64,000 nucleotides of DNA, from assembly GCA_039588275.1 (NCBI GenBank), contig JBDHAC010000002.1, forward strand, positions 1-64,000, in the 5' to 3' direction. Below the pieces are notes generated by a model. That model searched no databases and was not told the DNA's origin. It saw only the letters and a list, made by a program, of their open reading frames with translations. The stretch is from Gemmatimonadota bacterium. GTDB lineage: Bacteria > Gemmatimonadota > Gemmatimonadetes > Palauibacterales > Palauibacteraceae. Shown here one piece after another: positions 37,740 to 47,644 of this stretch; position 1 is the first letter of the stretch, and the number at the start of each line of letters is the position of its first letter. Made by a program: the position numbers and the translations under genes.

Positions 37740-38812
37740 CGACTCGAGGTCTCGACCGCCTCCACCCCCGCCGTGATCAACTCCCACTGAAGCGTCATCT
37801 GGTCCTTCACCGGCATAGGGCGGGCGCCTGCCGTCGCAGCCTCCTCGCGAACGCCTTGGGCCGACTCGCCACTCGCCAACGCCTCTCTCCAGCTCTCTAT
37901 CATCGTTCTCCATCGCTCCGCCGCCGGATCGGGCGGCCCTAGACGCTCTCCCACACCGGGGATCAGGAACAGGGGCATCTCGGATACCAGTGTCAGGGCA
38001 TCCCCCCCGAGCGCGCCGGCGAGCGAGCGAACGGTCTCCATCGAGCTGGGGCGAAACAGCCGTGCCGTCTCCAGGTCGCCACGCTCCTCGAAGTACGCCC
38101 GCATGGCGCCCGAGTCGGGGCGCGTGCAGAAGCCGCGCTCGATCCGCTCGAAGCCCTTCTCCCCCAGCCGCTCTACATCGTGCAACCGGTAGCCGAGCGC
38201 GCGGGTTCGGTCGCGACACCGCGCCATGAGCGCCGTACAGCGGGACACCCAGGCGCGATCCAGGAGGAACCACGGTCCCGCCGCGACCGCCATCCCGTGC
38301 AGCGACACGTGCAGCGAGAACGGACCCGCGGCCGTGGACCACCAGTCGTAGACGCACCGATTCTCGGGACGGGCACCGGCATCGCGCGCGTCTCGTGGGA
38401 ACCCGAACTCGATATCGTCTCCCGGCAGCTCGCGCACAGCCGCCCTCAAGTAGGAGGCGAGATCGTACGACTCGGGCTCCGCCGTTTGCCAGGCACGATT
38501 GCGCGCCTCGCCGTCCGGGTTGATGTGCGGAACGATCCACCATTCCAAATCGGCGACCAGCGGATCCTCGGGGTCGAGCGACGCCAGGTACGCGACGAGT
38601 TGTCGAAGAAGGCGCGGGCCTACGGGCTCATCCGCGTGACAACCCGCCAGGAGGCTGACCCGCGGTGCACCGCGACCGGCCTGCCCGAATCCGTAAGCGT
38701 GGACCGGGCGTCCCTCGCGCGAGCGACCGAGCACGATCGCCGCGTCGTCCCCACCGGCACCTGCCCCGAGGATGGCGGCCAGACGGGCCTCGAGCTCCGT
38801 GTGGAGGGTCAT
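37736..38812 (-). CDS. M14-family zinc carboxypeptidase-like protein
   Basis: GRSREGR, GCHADE (HxxE), VP.INPDG, SLHG, late 'SE'. Confidence 0.82.
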   Translation of the reverse strand: MTLHTELEARLAAILGAGAGGDDAAIVLGRSREGRPVHAYGFGQAGRGAPRVSLLAGCHADEPVGPRLLRQLVAYLASLDPEDPLVADLEWWIVPHINPDGEARNRAWQTAEPESYDLASYLRAAVRELPGDDIEFGFPRDARDAGARPENRCVYDWWSTAAGPFSLHVSLHGMAVAAGPWFLLDRAWVSRCTALMARCRDRTRALGYRLHDVERLGEKGFERIERGFCTRPDSGAMRAYFEERGDLETARLFRPSSMETVRSLAGALGGDALTLVSEMPLFLIPGVGERLGPPDPAAERWRTMIESWREALASGESAQGVREEAATAGARPMPVKDQMTLQWELITAGVEAVETSSR

Positions 38813-39633
38813 GTCCCGACTCCACGGCCCGCGTCAGCGGCGTCGCCATCGGTGGGGCCGAGCCGCTCCGCCGCCGTGAGTCTTGCCAGATAGCCGCCGG
38901 CTTCACCCTCGAAGACGACGTCGCAGCTCCAGCCCGCGCGTTCCGCATGCGCGGCGAGCGTACCCATGTCCACGTACAGCTCGCGAAACGGGGCGCCCCG
39001 GTGTCTGCGGTATTCGAGCTCGATCCACGCCTCACCCCGGTATCCCGCGTCCGTCGGGGGCCAGCGCGCTGCGGCGCGTGGGTCGACCTCGCCGACGACG
39101 ATCGCTTCTCCCGAGTCCACGAGGAGTTGCCCGCCCGAGGCTACCAGACGGTGCGCGTGGGTGAGGAATCCGTCGAGGCCGAAGAGGGTCCCGACGGGCC
39201 CGATCCCGTTCATCAGCATGAGTACGGTGTCGAAGCGATCACCCGCCCATGTCTTGAAATTGGCCCGCAATCGTCGTCGGACGCCGAGGGCGCGCTGGAT
39301 CTCGGTCAACTTCGGCAGGATCTCCAGCGCCGTCACGTCGATTCCGCGCGCCTGCAGCTCGAGTGAGTGGATGCCGGTCCCCGCGCCGACGTCCAGCGTC
39401 CGGCCGCGGCATAGCTCGAGCGCGTACGTCTCGAACGGAAAGAAGTCCGCCGGCTGGCGGAAGAACAGAGCGGCGGGCAGCTCGTCCACCTCGCCGAGAC
39501 TGCTGCGCAGGGTGAGCGTCGCCGCCTCGATTCCCGCGTGGTAGTCGGTCAGCGCGCGCGCGTACGGGTGGAGCGCGGCGAGCCGATCGGCATCACCGAG
39601 GTCATCTGTACCGGAATCGTTCGTCGTACGCAC
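38809..39633 (-). CDS. Class I SAM-dependent methyltransferase
   Basis: LDVGAGTG.HSL.LQ, FDT.LMLMNGIG..G. Confidence 0.88.
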   Translation of the reverse strand: MRTTNDSGTDDLGDADRLAALHPYARALTDYHAGIEAATLTLRSSLGEVDELPAALFFRQPADFFPFETYALELCRGRTLDVGAGTGIHSLELQARGIDVTALEILPKLTEIQRALGVRRRLRANFKTWAGDRFDTVLMLMNGIGPVGTLFGLDGFLTHAHRLVASGGQLLVDSGEAIVVGEVDPRAAARWPPTDAGYRGEAWIELEYRRHRGAPFRELYVDMGTLAAHAERAGWSCDVVFEGEAGGYLARLTAAERLGPTDGDAADAGRGVGT

Positions 39634-39739
39634 GCCGAACGATACGGGGCCGTCGCGGACGACCGACAGCCTCTTGCGCTCCGCCGCGGCGCGGGTCTGT
39701 TTGAATCTCGTCGGCTCCGCAGACGACCTGGAGGTGAAG

Positions 39740-40219
39740 GTGGATCGACGCGACTACGTCATGCGGCTCATCGAGCAGGTGGGGCAGATGCTCCTGGCAC
39801 TGCGTCGTCGAATCCTCGCGCGTGAAGTGACTACCTCCGAGACTCGGGAGGAACTGCGGGCAGCGGCGCGGGCCGGCGGACTCGACTACGATCTCGCGCG
39901 AGCGATGACCCCGGACACGCTCCTGCTCATGGTCGCACCGGGTGGCGAGGTCGATCCCGGCCGTTGTTGGTTGCTGGCCGAGATGTTCTACCTCGAGGGC
40001 GTCGAGGCGGAGCTCGTCGGGCAGGTGGGCGAGGCCCGCGACAGCCTGGAGAGGGCCGCATTCCTGTTCGGTATGCTCCAGCCGATCGCGGGCAACCTGG
40101 TGGGGCTACCGGAGTCTGCACCGCGGATCGAGGAGATCGAACGGCGGTTGACCGGCCTGCCGCCGGGACACCGTCGCATGGTTGCCGCCGGCGCACGCCT
40201 AGCCGCGGGCGCGCGCTAG
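39740..40219 (+). CDS. Hypothetical helical protein (DUF6483-like)
   Basis: GGAGG RBS; N-terminal 'RDYVMRLIEQ' motif. Confidence 0.65.
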   Translation: MDRRDYVMRLIEQVGQMLLALRRRILAREVTTSETREELRAAARAGGLDYDLARAMTPDTLLLMVAPGGEVDPGRCWLLAEMFYLEGVEAELVGQVGEARDSLERAAFLFGMLQPIAGNLVGLPESAPRIEEIERRLTGLPPGHRRMVAAGARLAAGAR

Positions 40220-40343
40220 TCGCGGGCGCAAGCTAGCCCCGGGCGCAGGCCAGCCGCCGACGCCCGGAGGGCGGGCGCCGGCGTTTGACCCGGACGTGAT
40301 CGCTCGGGTGTCGTGTTGTCCGGCTAACGCGGGACCTCTCGAG

Positions 40344-41456
40344 CTACAGCACCACCCCCAGGAGGATGATGGCGCCGGCCGGGGCCAACAGCTCGCCGAA
40401 GAACTCGAACAGGCCCTCCATCACCTCGAGAATGTGACCGAGCACCTGTTGCTCGTCCGCACTCAGCGGCTCGCCCCCCGCACCCAGGATCTCAGGATTC
40501 ACCGGGTCACCGGTGGCCGTAGCGAACAACTCGCCGTTAACGCGAAACTCGGCTGCGATCTCCTCATCGCTCCCGGTGACGTCGATCTGGATCGATTCCT
40601 CGCCGTGACGCACGAAGACCTGGATCTCGCCCGAGTCGCTTCCGTCCGTCTCCATCCCGGAGACCGAGACATCGACCTCGAAGCCGCGCGAGGCAATCTC
40701 GACGTGGACATCCAGGTCGAAGGTCTGCTCGGTACCGCTGGCGCCCACGATGTCGAGCTCGAAGTCGAGCCGATGCTCGGCATCGCGGACATACCCGTCA
40801 ACATCGATGGCCCCGGATGTGTCATTGCCCTCCAGGCTGACCGAGTACTCGAGGAAGGTCTCACCGTCCGACACCACGGTCAGCCGCAGAGCTATCCCGG
40901 ACGTCGAGTCACCTTCGTCGACCAGGTCCGCGTGCCCGATCTCATCCTCGAGCAGCGGCTCGCCGGTGACCGGGTTCACACCGTAGAGGATGAAGCGAAC
41001 GCCGTTCGCCGGCGCATCGGTCCGAGCCGGGTCGGGCGTGTACTCGCCCGTCGCCGGGTCGATCACGAACGTGGTGCCGCGCGCCCCCGGCGAGATCACC
41101 GGAATGCTGCTGACGGCCACCGCGAGGCGCCGCGCGGCCGTGACCGTTACGTCACTTCCCAAGGCGGCCCCCAACCCGGCAGGTTCGGTGGCGACCGGAG
41201 CGGGCGCCACCGCGGCACTGGCGCTCGCGAGGTCGAAGCGAACGCCGAGCGCCTCGAAGCTTCGCCACGCCGGGGTCTGGAAGACGGCTTCCAGGGCGTC
41301 GAGGTTCGCGTCCACCGTCGCGGCATCGAACTCGCCTCCGCTTCCCGGCCCGGTCGGGTCGTCCGAGCACCCGCCCGCTACGGCCGTCGCGAGCGCGAGC
41401 AGCGCGCTGCGCGCCGCGGAGGCTCCCCGGTTGGTACGGCTGTCCCACCTCATCAT
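40344..41456 (-). CDS. Hypothetical acidic beta-rich lipoprotein
   Basis: AGGC lipobox then SDDPTGP; overlaps the upstream stop; hydrophobic C-terminal tail. Confidence 0.8.
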   Translation of the reverse strand: MMRWDSRTNRGASAARSALLALATAVAGGCSDDPTGPGSGGEFDAATVDANLDALEAVFQTPAWRSFEALGVRFDLASASAAVAPAPVATEPAGLGAALGSDVTVTAARRLAVAVSSIPVISPGARGTTFVIDPATGEYTPDPARTDAPANGVRFILYGVNPVTGEPLLEDEIGHADLVDEGDSTSGIALRLTVVSDGETFLEYSVSLEGNDTSGAIDVDGYVRDAEHRLDFELDIVGASGTEQTFDLDVHVEIASRGFEVDVSVSGMETDGSDSGEIQVFVRHGEESIQIDVTGSDEEIAAEFRVNGELFATATGDPVNPEILGAGGEPLSADEQQVLGHILEVMEGLFEFFGELLAPAGAIILLGVVL

Positions 41457-41893
41457 CCGTCTCCTCTCAACGAACGAAGCCGGTCCTGTTGCTCCGGCGT
41501 CAGGATGTTCTTGATCGTGATCAGGAGCGCGAGCTGAGCCCGTTTGATCATGCGCTCCGTGGTGAGAACCCGGTCCACCTGCTCCAGTGCGGCAGCCTCA
41601 TCCACCCGTGGTCGGTCCAGCAACTCGACGAGCGTCTGCGAGGCCTCCAGCATATCCCATTCGAGATCCACGACGTTGCGCTGCAGCTCGCGGATCGATT
41701 CCGATATCCTCGTCCACTGTTCACGCGTCAGGTCGATCGTCTGCCGGTGCTGCATCACCAGCTCGGGCGCGAACAAGGTTCGGGCGACCTGATCTTCCCC
41801 CTGCGATTCCACCTGCGATTCTTGGGCCACGGCGGGCGTGACGAAGAGCACCGTCACCAACAACCCGAACAACCACTTGCGTTTATGGGTCAT
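41453..41893 (-). CDS. Periplasmic Spy/CpxP/ZraP-like (LTxxQ) protein
   Basis: Signal peptide; two LTxxQ motifs (LTREQ, LTPEQQ). Confidence 0.85.
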   Translation of the reverse strand: MTHKRKWLFGLLVTVLFVTPAVAQESQVESQGEDQVARTLFAPELVMQHRQTIDLTREQWTRISESIRELQRNVVDLEWDMLEASQTLVELLDRPRVDEAAALEQVDRVLTTERMIKRAQLALLITIKNILTPEQQDRLRSLRGDG

Positions 41894-42330
41894 GATGGAG
41901 TCCTTCCTGGGTCTTCCATGTCGAGGCCGTCGATTCGGTCACGGACTGCAGGATCTGTCGGCGCGGTGGGACGCAGGGACCGGCCGATCGCCGGGATACC
42001 ACGCCACGATCGGGCGGCCGGCCGCTCGAGCAGAAAGTCCGTCGGCGAGTGCCACACGGCCGACGTTCGCTGGAGCTCCGCGGCGAGCGCTCCGGTATCG
42101 CCACCGGGCGCCATGAATCGGGCGAGCCGGAGTCCGCCAAGCGCGAGGAGCAGGATCACCGCCGCCGCACCCACCAGTCGGAGCGCTCCTACGCGGTGCC
42201 CATCGGCGGGCCGCCGAGTCTGGCGGCGACTCATGACCTGATCGAACCCGGGGGCGGCGCGGCGCTCCTCGTCCCGGAGACGCCCGAACGCCCGTCGAAG
42301 CCCATCATCGTCATGTCTCGTCCTGCGCAT
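41890..42330 (-). CDS. Putative single-TM anti-sigma factor
   Basis: Follows the ECF sigma gene; cytoplasmic N-terminus, one TM helix, 'W.SPTDFLL'. Confidence 0.65.
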   Translation of the reverse strand: MRRTRHDDDGLRRAFGRLRDEERRAAPGFDQVMSRRQTRRPADGHRVGALRLVGAAAVILLLALGGLRLARFMAPGGDTGALAAELQRTSAVWHSPTDFLLERPAARSWRGIPAIGRSLRPTAPTDPAVRDRIDGLDMEDPGRTPS

Positions 42331-42350
42331 CGAGCCGCTCCCTTCAGCAC

Positions 42351-42955
42351 TCACGGTCCGGCCGCTTTCGGCTCGAGTATCCGCCGGAGACGTTTCTTGC
42401 CCCTCTCGTAGTGCGTGCGCGCCGTGCCCACCGAGGTCCCCATCACCGCCGCCGCCTCCTCGATCGTCATGTCCTGATAGAAAACCAGGTGCAGGACCTG
42501 ACCTTGTCGGGTCGAGAGCCGGCCCACGGCGTCGGCCAGCCTGGCTGACTCCTCGGATCGGATGATCGCCTGCGAGGGGTCCTCCCCGGCCGTTCGATCG
42601 CCCGCGGCCCATGCCGCCACCTGGCGCAGGCGGTGCCGCCTTCTTCTCTCCTGTGCCGTCCTACGAATCACACCGAACAGGAACGTGCGAAAGTGGAGCG
42701 TCCTTCGAAGCGAGCGCGCCCGTCGAGCACCTTCAGGTACGTATCCTGGAGGACATCGGCCGCCTCCGGCTCATCTCCCCGGCAGCAACTGAGCGCCCAC
42801 CCGAAGCTCGCCTCGTGGTGCCGCGCCAGTTTCGCCTCCAACCCGGTCCCGCGGCCCGAGCCGGTGTCGGCCGCTGAGCGCCTATCGGCTGGCCCGCGGC
42901 TGTTGGCCGGGGTGCGAGTCTCGGCGCGGGCGTCCCGGTTCGCCTCGGTTGTCAT
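42351..42955 (-). pseudogene. ECF RNA polymerase sigma factor with a 1-nt frameshift near 42690
   Basis: Region 2 ([12 protein letters not shown]...F.GRSTF) is in one frame. [10 protein letters not shown] and region 4 (LS.RQ..V..L.FY...TIEEAA.VMG.SVGT.RTHY.RGK) are in another. Confidence 0.8.
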
Positions 42956-43148
42956 GACGCTCGGTCGAAGTTCATCCCACGGCTCTCCGTCCGAAGGAAC
43001 GGACCCACAGGAAACGGATCCAGGGGAGCGGCCCCGATCGAACGACGCACCATGGGTGTGTGTCGTCACGGGCGCGTTCATATGACAGCGGCCGACATCG
43101 ACCCCCGCTGATCCCCGGGAGACCTCCCGGACCGAGGTATGGGACCGC

Positions 43149-43592
43149 TCAGGTGGCTTCACGGTCCGCCCCGTCGTGTGGAGTCGCGCACAGCTCGTAC
43201 GCCTCGCGCTCGAAGCCGTTGTCGCGGTAGGCATCCTCCCCGCGGATCGCCGCCCATGCGCTGCTCGACAGGTAGGCGGGGATGAATAGCGGTCCCCAGC
43301 GCTCGCATTGACGGACATGGACGCGCTCGTGAGCGCGTGTCGCGTCCAGATCGGGATCGGTTCGCGCGAGCACCACATGCCCGAGCGTGAGCGCCCGTGC
43401 TCCGCCCGGGATGGGGACCGCAGCACGGAGGAGGAGTGGAAGCAGACCGCCGGACGCCTCGATCGCCCCCGTCCGCAGGTGCAACCTGCCTCCGGTCAAG
43501 GCCGCCAGCAGCGCGATGACGAGGCCGAGGGCCGTGGTCGGTGAGGCCCATGCGTAACGCAGGGCGCGAACGAGCCATGATTGGGGCTTCAG
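43149..43592 (-). CDS. HExxH-containing hypothetical protein (zincin-like)
   Basis: [33 protein letters not shown]. The frame extends to a CTG overlapping the yggU stop. Confidence 0.75.
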   Translation of the reverse strand: MKPQSWLVRALRYAWASPTTALGLVIALLAALTGGRLHLRTGAIEASGGLLPLLLRAAVPIPGGARALTLGHVVLARTDPDLDATRAHERVHVRQCERWGPLFIPAYLSSSAWAAIRGEDAYRDNGFEREAYELCATPHDGADREAT

Positions 43593-43882
43593 CGTCCCGC
43601 CTCTCCGAGCACCTGCCGCAGGCTGTCCGGGTCGATCCCGATCACCTCTACCACCTTGCTGCGTGATCGTTCGCCGCGTGCAATGCGGACACTGGACTTC
43701 GGAACCCCGAGTGCTCGCGAGAGGAAAGCGATCAGCGCCGTGTTGGCCGCACCTTCGACCGGGGGCGCGGTGAGACGGATCTTGATCGCGTCGCCATGCG
43801 ATCCGGCGAGCTCGTTTCTGGACGCACGAGGTTGTACGCGAACGGTGAAGCGAACTCCGTCCCCGATCGACTCGATCTTCAC
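43589..43882 (-). CDS. yggU: DUF167 / YggU-family protein
   Basis: VRVQPRASRN, LTAPPVEGAAN, G.RSR.K. Confidence 0.92.
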   Translation of the reverse strand: MKIESIGDGVRFTVRVQPRASRNELAGSHGDAIKIRLTAPPVEGAANTALIAFLSRALGVPKSSVRIARGERSRSKVVEVIGIDPDSLRQVLGEAGR

Positions 43883-43934
43883 GGACTCGGGGGGAGCGAT
43901 GGCGGCGCCTCGACGACCGGGCTCCGGGAGAGTG

Positions 43935-44507
43935 TCAGCTGTTCGGCAAAGGCTCCAGGCCGGGTGCGACGCATGTATGCGTCAGCTCCCGGCCGTCGTC
44001 GTAGCGCACGGTGATATGCCCCAGACCCCAATCGGCCTCGGGATCCAACGCCACCACGGTCCCCGCATTGCCCCATGAGTCGGCGACGCGCTGACCGACG
44101 TCGAACTCCGCTTCCACCATCGCCTCGTGCAGCCCCCCGCGCGGCGCGCCTGCTATCGCCGGGTCCACCCTGGACTCCTCCAGCACCACACCGCCGTCGG
44201 GCGTGATGGAGTAGGCCTCGCCCCCTTCTCCCACGACGCGGGCTGACAGGGTGGTAGCCAGCCGGATCATCTTGCTGACCAGAGCCTGGTCCGGGTTCTT
44301 TGTGAACACGCTGCCCTGCGACCAGTCGAGCCACGGCTCCACCAGCATCGACTCGCCGGACCACCGGGCAAAATACGGCCCCATGCTCGCGACGAGCTCG
44401 AGCTCGGGATCGGCGTGGACGACCTCGAGCCACTCCTCCGGCTCGATCGGTAGACTCGCCCCGTTTACCCCGCAATCGGCCCGCGTGATTTGCAGATCGT
44501 AGCCCAT
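43935..44507 (-). CDS. Hypothetical protein
   Basis: MGYDL.ITR, W..G....KNPD, A.VVGE.GE.Y, plus a small SH3-like tail; start 44507 or 44516. Confidence 0.65.
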   Translation of the reverse strand: MGYDLQITRADCGVNGASLPIEPEEWLEVVHADPELELVASMGPYFARWSGESMLVEPWLDWSQGSVFTKNPDQALVSKMIRLATTLSARVVGEGGEAYSITPDGGVVLEESRVDPAIAGAPRGGLHEAMVEAEFDVGQRVADSWGNAGTVVALDPEADWGLGHITVRYDDGRELTHTCVAPGLEPLPNS

Positions 44508-44681
44508 CGGCTGCATCCCAAAGCCCTTCCGCACCACCACCAACCCCGCTACGAGCGGGGCGCATGCCCGCCAGCTCGAAGCTGGTGGCGCAAGCGGCAT
44601 GCCGGTGGTAGGGCGGTCCCGGCTCGCGATGGAGGCTACAGAGGGGCGACGAGCGCGGGCGTGGGCCGCCAGGCTCGAGCT

Positions 44682-44888
44682 TCAGCCGCTCCTCCACTTC
44701 ATGTACTCGAACACGGTTCGGCACCGGTGGCAGTAATACTGGCTCGTCGAGAGCGCCGAGCCGAACGCCGCGAACTGCTGCGTGTCGGTGCCTCCGCAGA
44801 ACGGGCACTCGACCGCCTCGGGCAGCTCCTGATTGGGCCTCGCGTCCGGATTCACAGGGGTCGGAATACCCGGGTCGTCGGGTTGCAT
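44682..44888 (-). CDS. Stand-alone PaaD-type zinc-ribbon protein
   Basis: CPFCG..DT.....FGS......YYC..CR..FEY.K resembles the PaaD C-terminal domain. Confidence 0.85.
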   Translation of the reverse strand: MQPDDPGIPTPVNPDARPNQELPEAVECPFCGGTDTQQFAAFGSALSTSQYYCHRCRTVFEYMKWRSG

Positions 44889-44895
44889 CGCGGCC

Positions 44896-45732
44896 TCAAT
44901 CCATGAGAAGAGTGCGGTTCCGATCTCCGCGCACTCGGGCGAGCGTATCCGGGTCGGGTCCACCGTCCGATCGGCGTCTCCGCTCGGTGCTCCAGTCGGT
45001 CCAGTCGATGTCGGTCGAGCTGACCCACACACCGTCCGAGTCCCGTTCCGCGAGACCGATGCCGGCGGCATCGAGGATGGGACCTACGCGCTCGAGCCAC
45101 TGGGTCCGGAGCTCATCCGGTCGGCTCGACGTCACACCGGCCTCGGCGAGAGTGTTTCCGAGCGGGTCGTCGGTCGGACCGTACGCACGCATGCAGGCCT
45201 GCCAGGCCGATCCGAGCGCGTCGCGCAACGCCCCCCGTCCGGCATCGGTCATCGCCAGGCGCACTACCCAACCGCGGGCGTGCTCGAAGTGAAAGCGCTC
45301 CTCATCCAGCAACTTGCGAGCCTTGTAGTGGATCGGCTCGAAGCGGCTCGACTCCATCGCCTCGAACTGCACGGAGAGCGCGGTGTCGAGCAGGAGGTTG
45401 AGCGCGAGCAGCTCCGGCCACGATTCGACCGATGCATCCAGTAGCTCGGAGCTATGGTAGCCCTCCGCCTCGCGCTCGTGCTCGAGCGCGCTCGGGTCCA
45501 GGCCGAAGTCCTTCAGCATCGCGTACACGATGCGCCCGTGGCCCCATTCGTCCTGCGCCATGGCGGAACAGGCGATCCCCGCTTCGACGGATGGCGCTCC
45601 GAGGATCCAGTCGGAGTAACGGATCCCGAGCACACGCTTGTTGTCCGCCAGGGTGAGCAGCAGATCTCGCAGGTGATCGCGGACTTCGGACGGAAGATCC
45701 GCGGCCGTCGGAAAACCGGCGCGCTCGTTCAT
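44896..45732 (-). CDS. PaaC-like ferritin-fold subunit of a phenylacetyl-CoA epoxidase-like oxygenase
   Basis: LAD...LG.R.S.W...AP..E..IA...AQDEWGH, K...EE.FH. Confidence 0.85.
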   Translation of the reverse strand: MNERAGFPTAADLPSEVRDHLRDLLLTLADNKRVLGIRYSDWILGAPSVEAGIACSAMAQDEWGHGRIVYAMLKDFGLDPSALEHEREAEGYHSSELLDASVESWPELLALNLLLDTALSVQFEAMESSRFEPIHYKARKLLDEERFHFEHARGWVVRLAMTDAGRGALRDALGSAWQACMRAYGPTDDPLGNTLAEAGVTSSRPDELRTQWLERVGPILDAAGIGLAERDSDGVWVSSTDIDWTDWSTERRRRSDGGPDPDTLARVRGDRNRTLLMD

Positions 45733-46043
45733 GGCTCCTCTTCGCTCACGGCATGACCATACGCGGGTACGCCGACTTCATCCGCGGCCGATCCTTCGCC
45801 CACCGGCGGCGCTCCTCCGAGCGTGAAAGGGGCCTGTGTCCGGTTCACGGCCTCGAACGCATCGCGCGGAGCCACCGCCATCTCGAACCACTTCTGCTCA
45901 TCGTAGGTCTGCCAGGCGTACACCCTGGCGAGATCTGAATTCGGCGCGGTCACGGAACCGATGTGCTGGAACGGATCGGCCCGGTCCTTCCGGGTGAAGA
46001 CTTCGTAGATGCGCTCGTCCGTCGGGGAATTCGCGTTCGCCAT
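45729..46043 (-). CDS. PaaB-like small subunit
   Basis: YEVF.R......HIGSV.AP....A...A...Y; TGATG overlap. Confidence 0.82.
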   Translation of the reverse strand: MANANSPTDERIYEVFTRKDRADPFQHIGSVTAPNSDLARVYAWQTYDEQKWFEMAVAPRDAFEAVNRTQAPFTLGGAPPVGEGSAADEVGVPAYGHAVSEEEP

Positions 46044-46549
46044 CAGACTGAAACTCCCGCGCGTCGCATGATCTCGCGACCGCGCTTGGTGATGCGGTCC
46101 GTCGTCCAGGGCGGATCCCACACGGTCTCGATCTCCACCTGCCTCACGCCCGGCTCGCGGAGCAGGCGCTCGCGCACATCCCACTTGATGAAGTCCATGC
46201 ACGGGCAAGCGGTGGCCGTGAAGCTGATCGAGACGGCCACCGAACCGGTCTCCGCGTCCGCCTCGACACCGTACACGAGCCCGAGATCGACGAGCGAAAT
46301 GGGGAATTCGGGGTCGGATACTTCGTACAGGGCCCGATGTGCCGCTTCGGCAAGGTCCGTCGGCGGCGACGCGAAGGCGGGCGGATCCGGCAATCGCATC
46401 CCTCCTCCCTGCGTCTCGCGCAGGACAGCCGCGAAGTTCATCTCGTCCTCGCGCCGCTCCCGTCGGCCGGCAGCGGCGATCGGCAACCTCGAGCGCGCCT
46501 CCTCGTGCGCGGCGAGGACGGTTGAGCCCGGGCCCTCGGAATCGTCCAT
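46043..46549 (-). CDS. PaaD N-terminal / SufT (DUF59) metal-sulfur cluster assembly factor
   Basis: V.DPEFPISLVDLGLV, T...CP, WDPPWTTDRIT..GR; start 46549 or 46441. Confidence 0.88.
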   Translation of the reverse strand: MDDSEGPGSTVLAAHEEARSRLPIAAAGRRERREDEMNFAAVLRETQGGGMRLPDPPAFASPPTDLAEAAHRALYEVSDPEFPISLVDLGLVYGVEADAETGSVAVSISFTATACPCMDFIKWDVRERLLREPGVRQVEIETVWDPPWTTDRITKRGREIMRRAGVSV

Positions 46550-47610
46550 CACGGGAAGTCGACCCGAAAGATCTCGAACACCTGCACGGGCTCCTCGGCA
46601 CCGAGTCCAGAGAAGTGCGGATTCACGGCCCAGACTGCATCGCCCCGCAGGGTCGCCGTCGTGGGCTGCGATGGGGTCGAGGCTCGCGCGGCGATCTCGG
46701 CCGTCTCCCATCCGTCCGTGCTCCGGAGGATCATGACCTCCGGTGAGGGCGACCCGTCGTCGGCGATCGAGCTACCCACCACCAGGAGGGTGCCATCCGG
46801 GCGCAATACGAGACCGTCGCCCACCACGGGTTCGGAGAGGGTCACGTCGCTGAGCTGATCGGGGGCATCGAGCGGGACACGAACGAACGCTTGCGCCCCC
46901 ATGACGGCCACCAGCAGGTATCCGTCCGGGTGGTAATCGATCCCGTTCAGCCCGACGGGATCGGCGGAGAAGCGTTCATCTTCGACGAGAACCGTGGCGT
47001 TGCCGTCCAAGTCGACCCGGTAGATCACCGGTGCGAAGGAATCGGTGACGTACGCGGTGCCGTCGGGTCCGACGGTCATATCGTTGGCGAAGTGTCGCAC
47101 CTCCGGCAGGAGCGCGCCCAGGTCGACCATGTGCAGCCGCGCCCCGCTCTCGAGATCGTAGATGCCGAGCTTGGCCTGACCTGCAAATGCTGCATCCTGG
47201 AAGACCCCCAGATCGGAGTTCGCGACCAGCAGGCGACCGTTCGCGGCGTCGATGTGAATCCCGATCGAACCGACGAGCTCCTCATCCTCGATGAACGGGC
47301 GGTGGGTCCCGTCGTCCCGGACCTCGGTGATGGTGCCCTGCGTCACGGACCCGACCAGGAAGCGACCGTTCGCCGCATCGAACTCGACGCCCTCCGGGTG
47401 TAGACCCGGTTCCTGGATGAGTAGCGTGTCCAACAGCGTCGCTTGACCGGGGTCGGCGCTCTCGGCCTCCGGCTCGGCATCCGGAGCTTCGCCGCATGCG
47501 AGCCCGAAGGGGAGCAACAAGGCCAGGAGCCGGCCCGTTCGCGCAGGCGCCGACGTCCGATGGCGGCTCTTCGTCGAAGCATCGGTCGGGATTGAGTCGA
47601 AGCGTTCCAT
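46549..47610 (-). CDS. SMP-30/gluconolactonase-like beta-propeller lipoprotein
   Basis: GLAC lipobox; PEGV, FAND.TV..DG..YVTDS, NGI, DGL. Confidence 0.8.
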   Translation of the reverse strand: MERFDSIPTDASTKSRHRTSAPARTGRLLALLLPFGLACGEAPDAEPEAESADPGQATLLDTLLIQEPGLHPEGVEFDAANGRFLVGSVTQGTITEVRDDGTHRPFIEDEELVGSIGIHIDAANGRLLVANSDLGVFQDAAFAGQAKLGIYDLESGARLHMVDLGALLPEVRHFANDMTVGPDGTAYVTDSFAPVIYRVDLDGNATVLVEDERFSADPVGLNGIDYHPDGYLLVAVMGAQAFVRVPLDAPDQLSDVTLSEPVVGDGLVLRPDGTLLVVGSSIADDGSPSPEVMILRSTDGWETAEIAARASTPSQPTTATLRGDAVWAVNPHFSGLGAEEPVQVFEIFRVDFP

Positions 47611-47644
47611 GGGCGTGTCCTCTCGGTTGGGCATGCCGTGCGCC

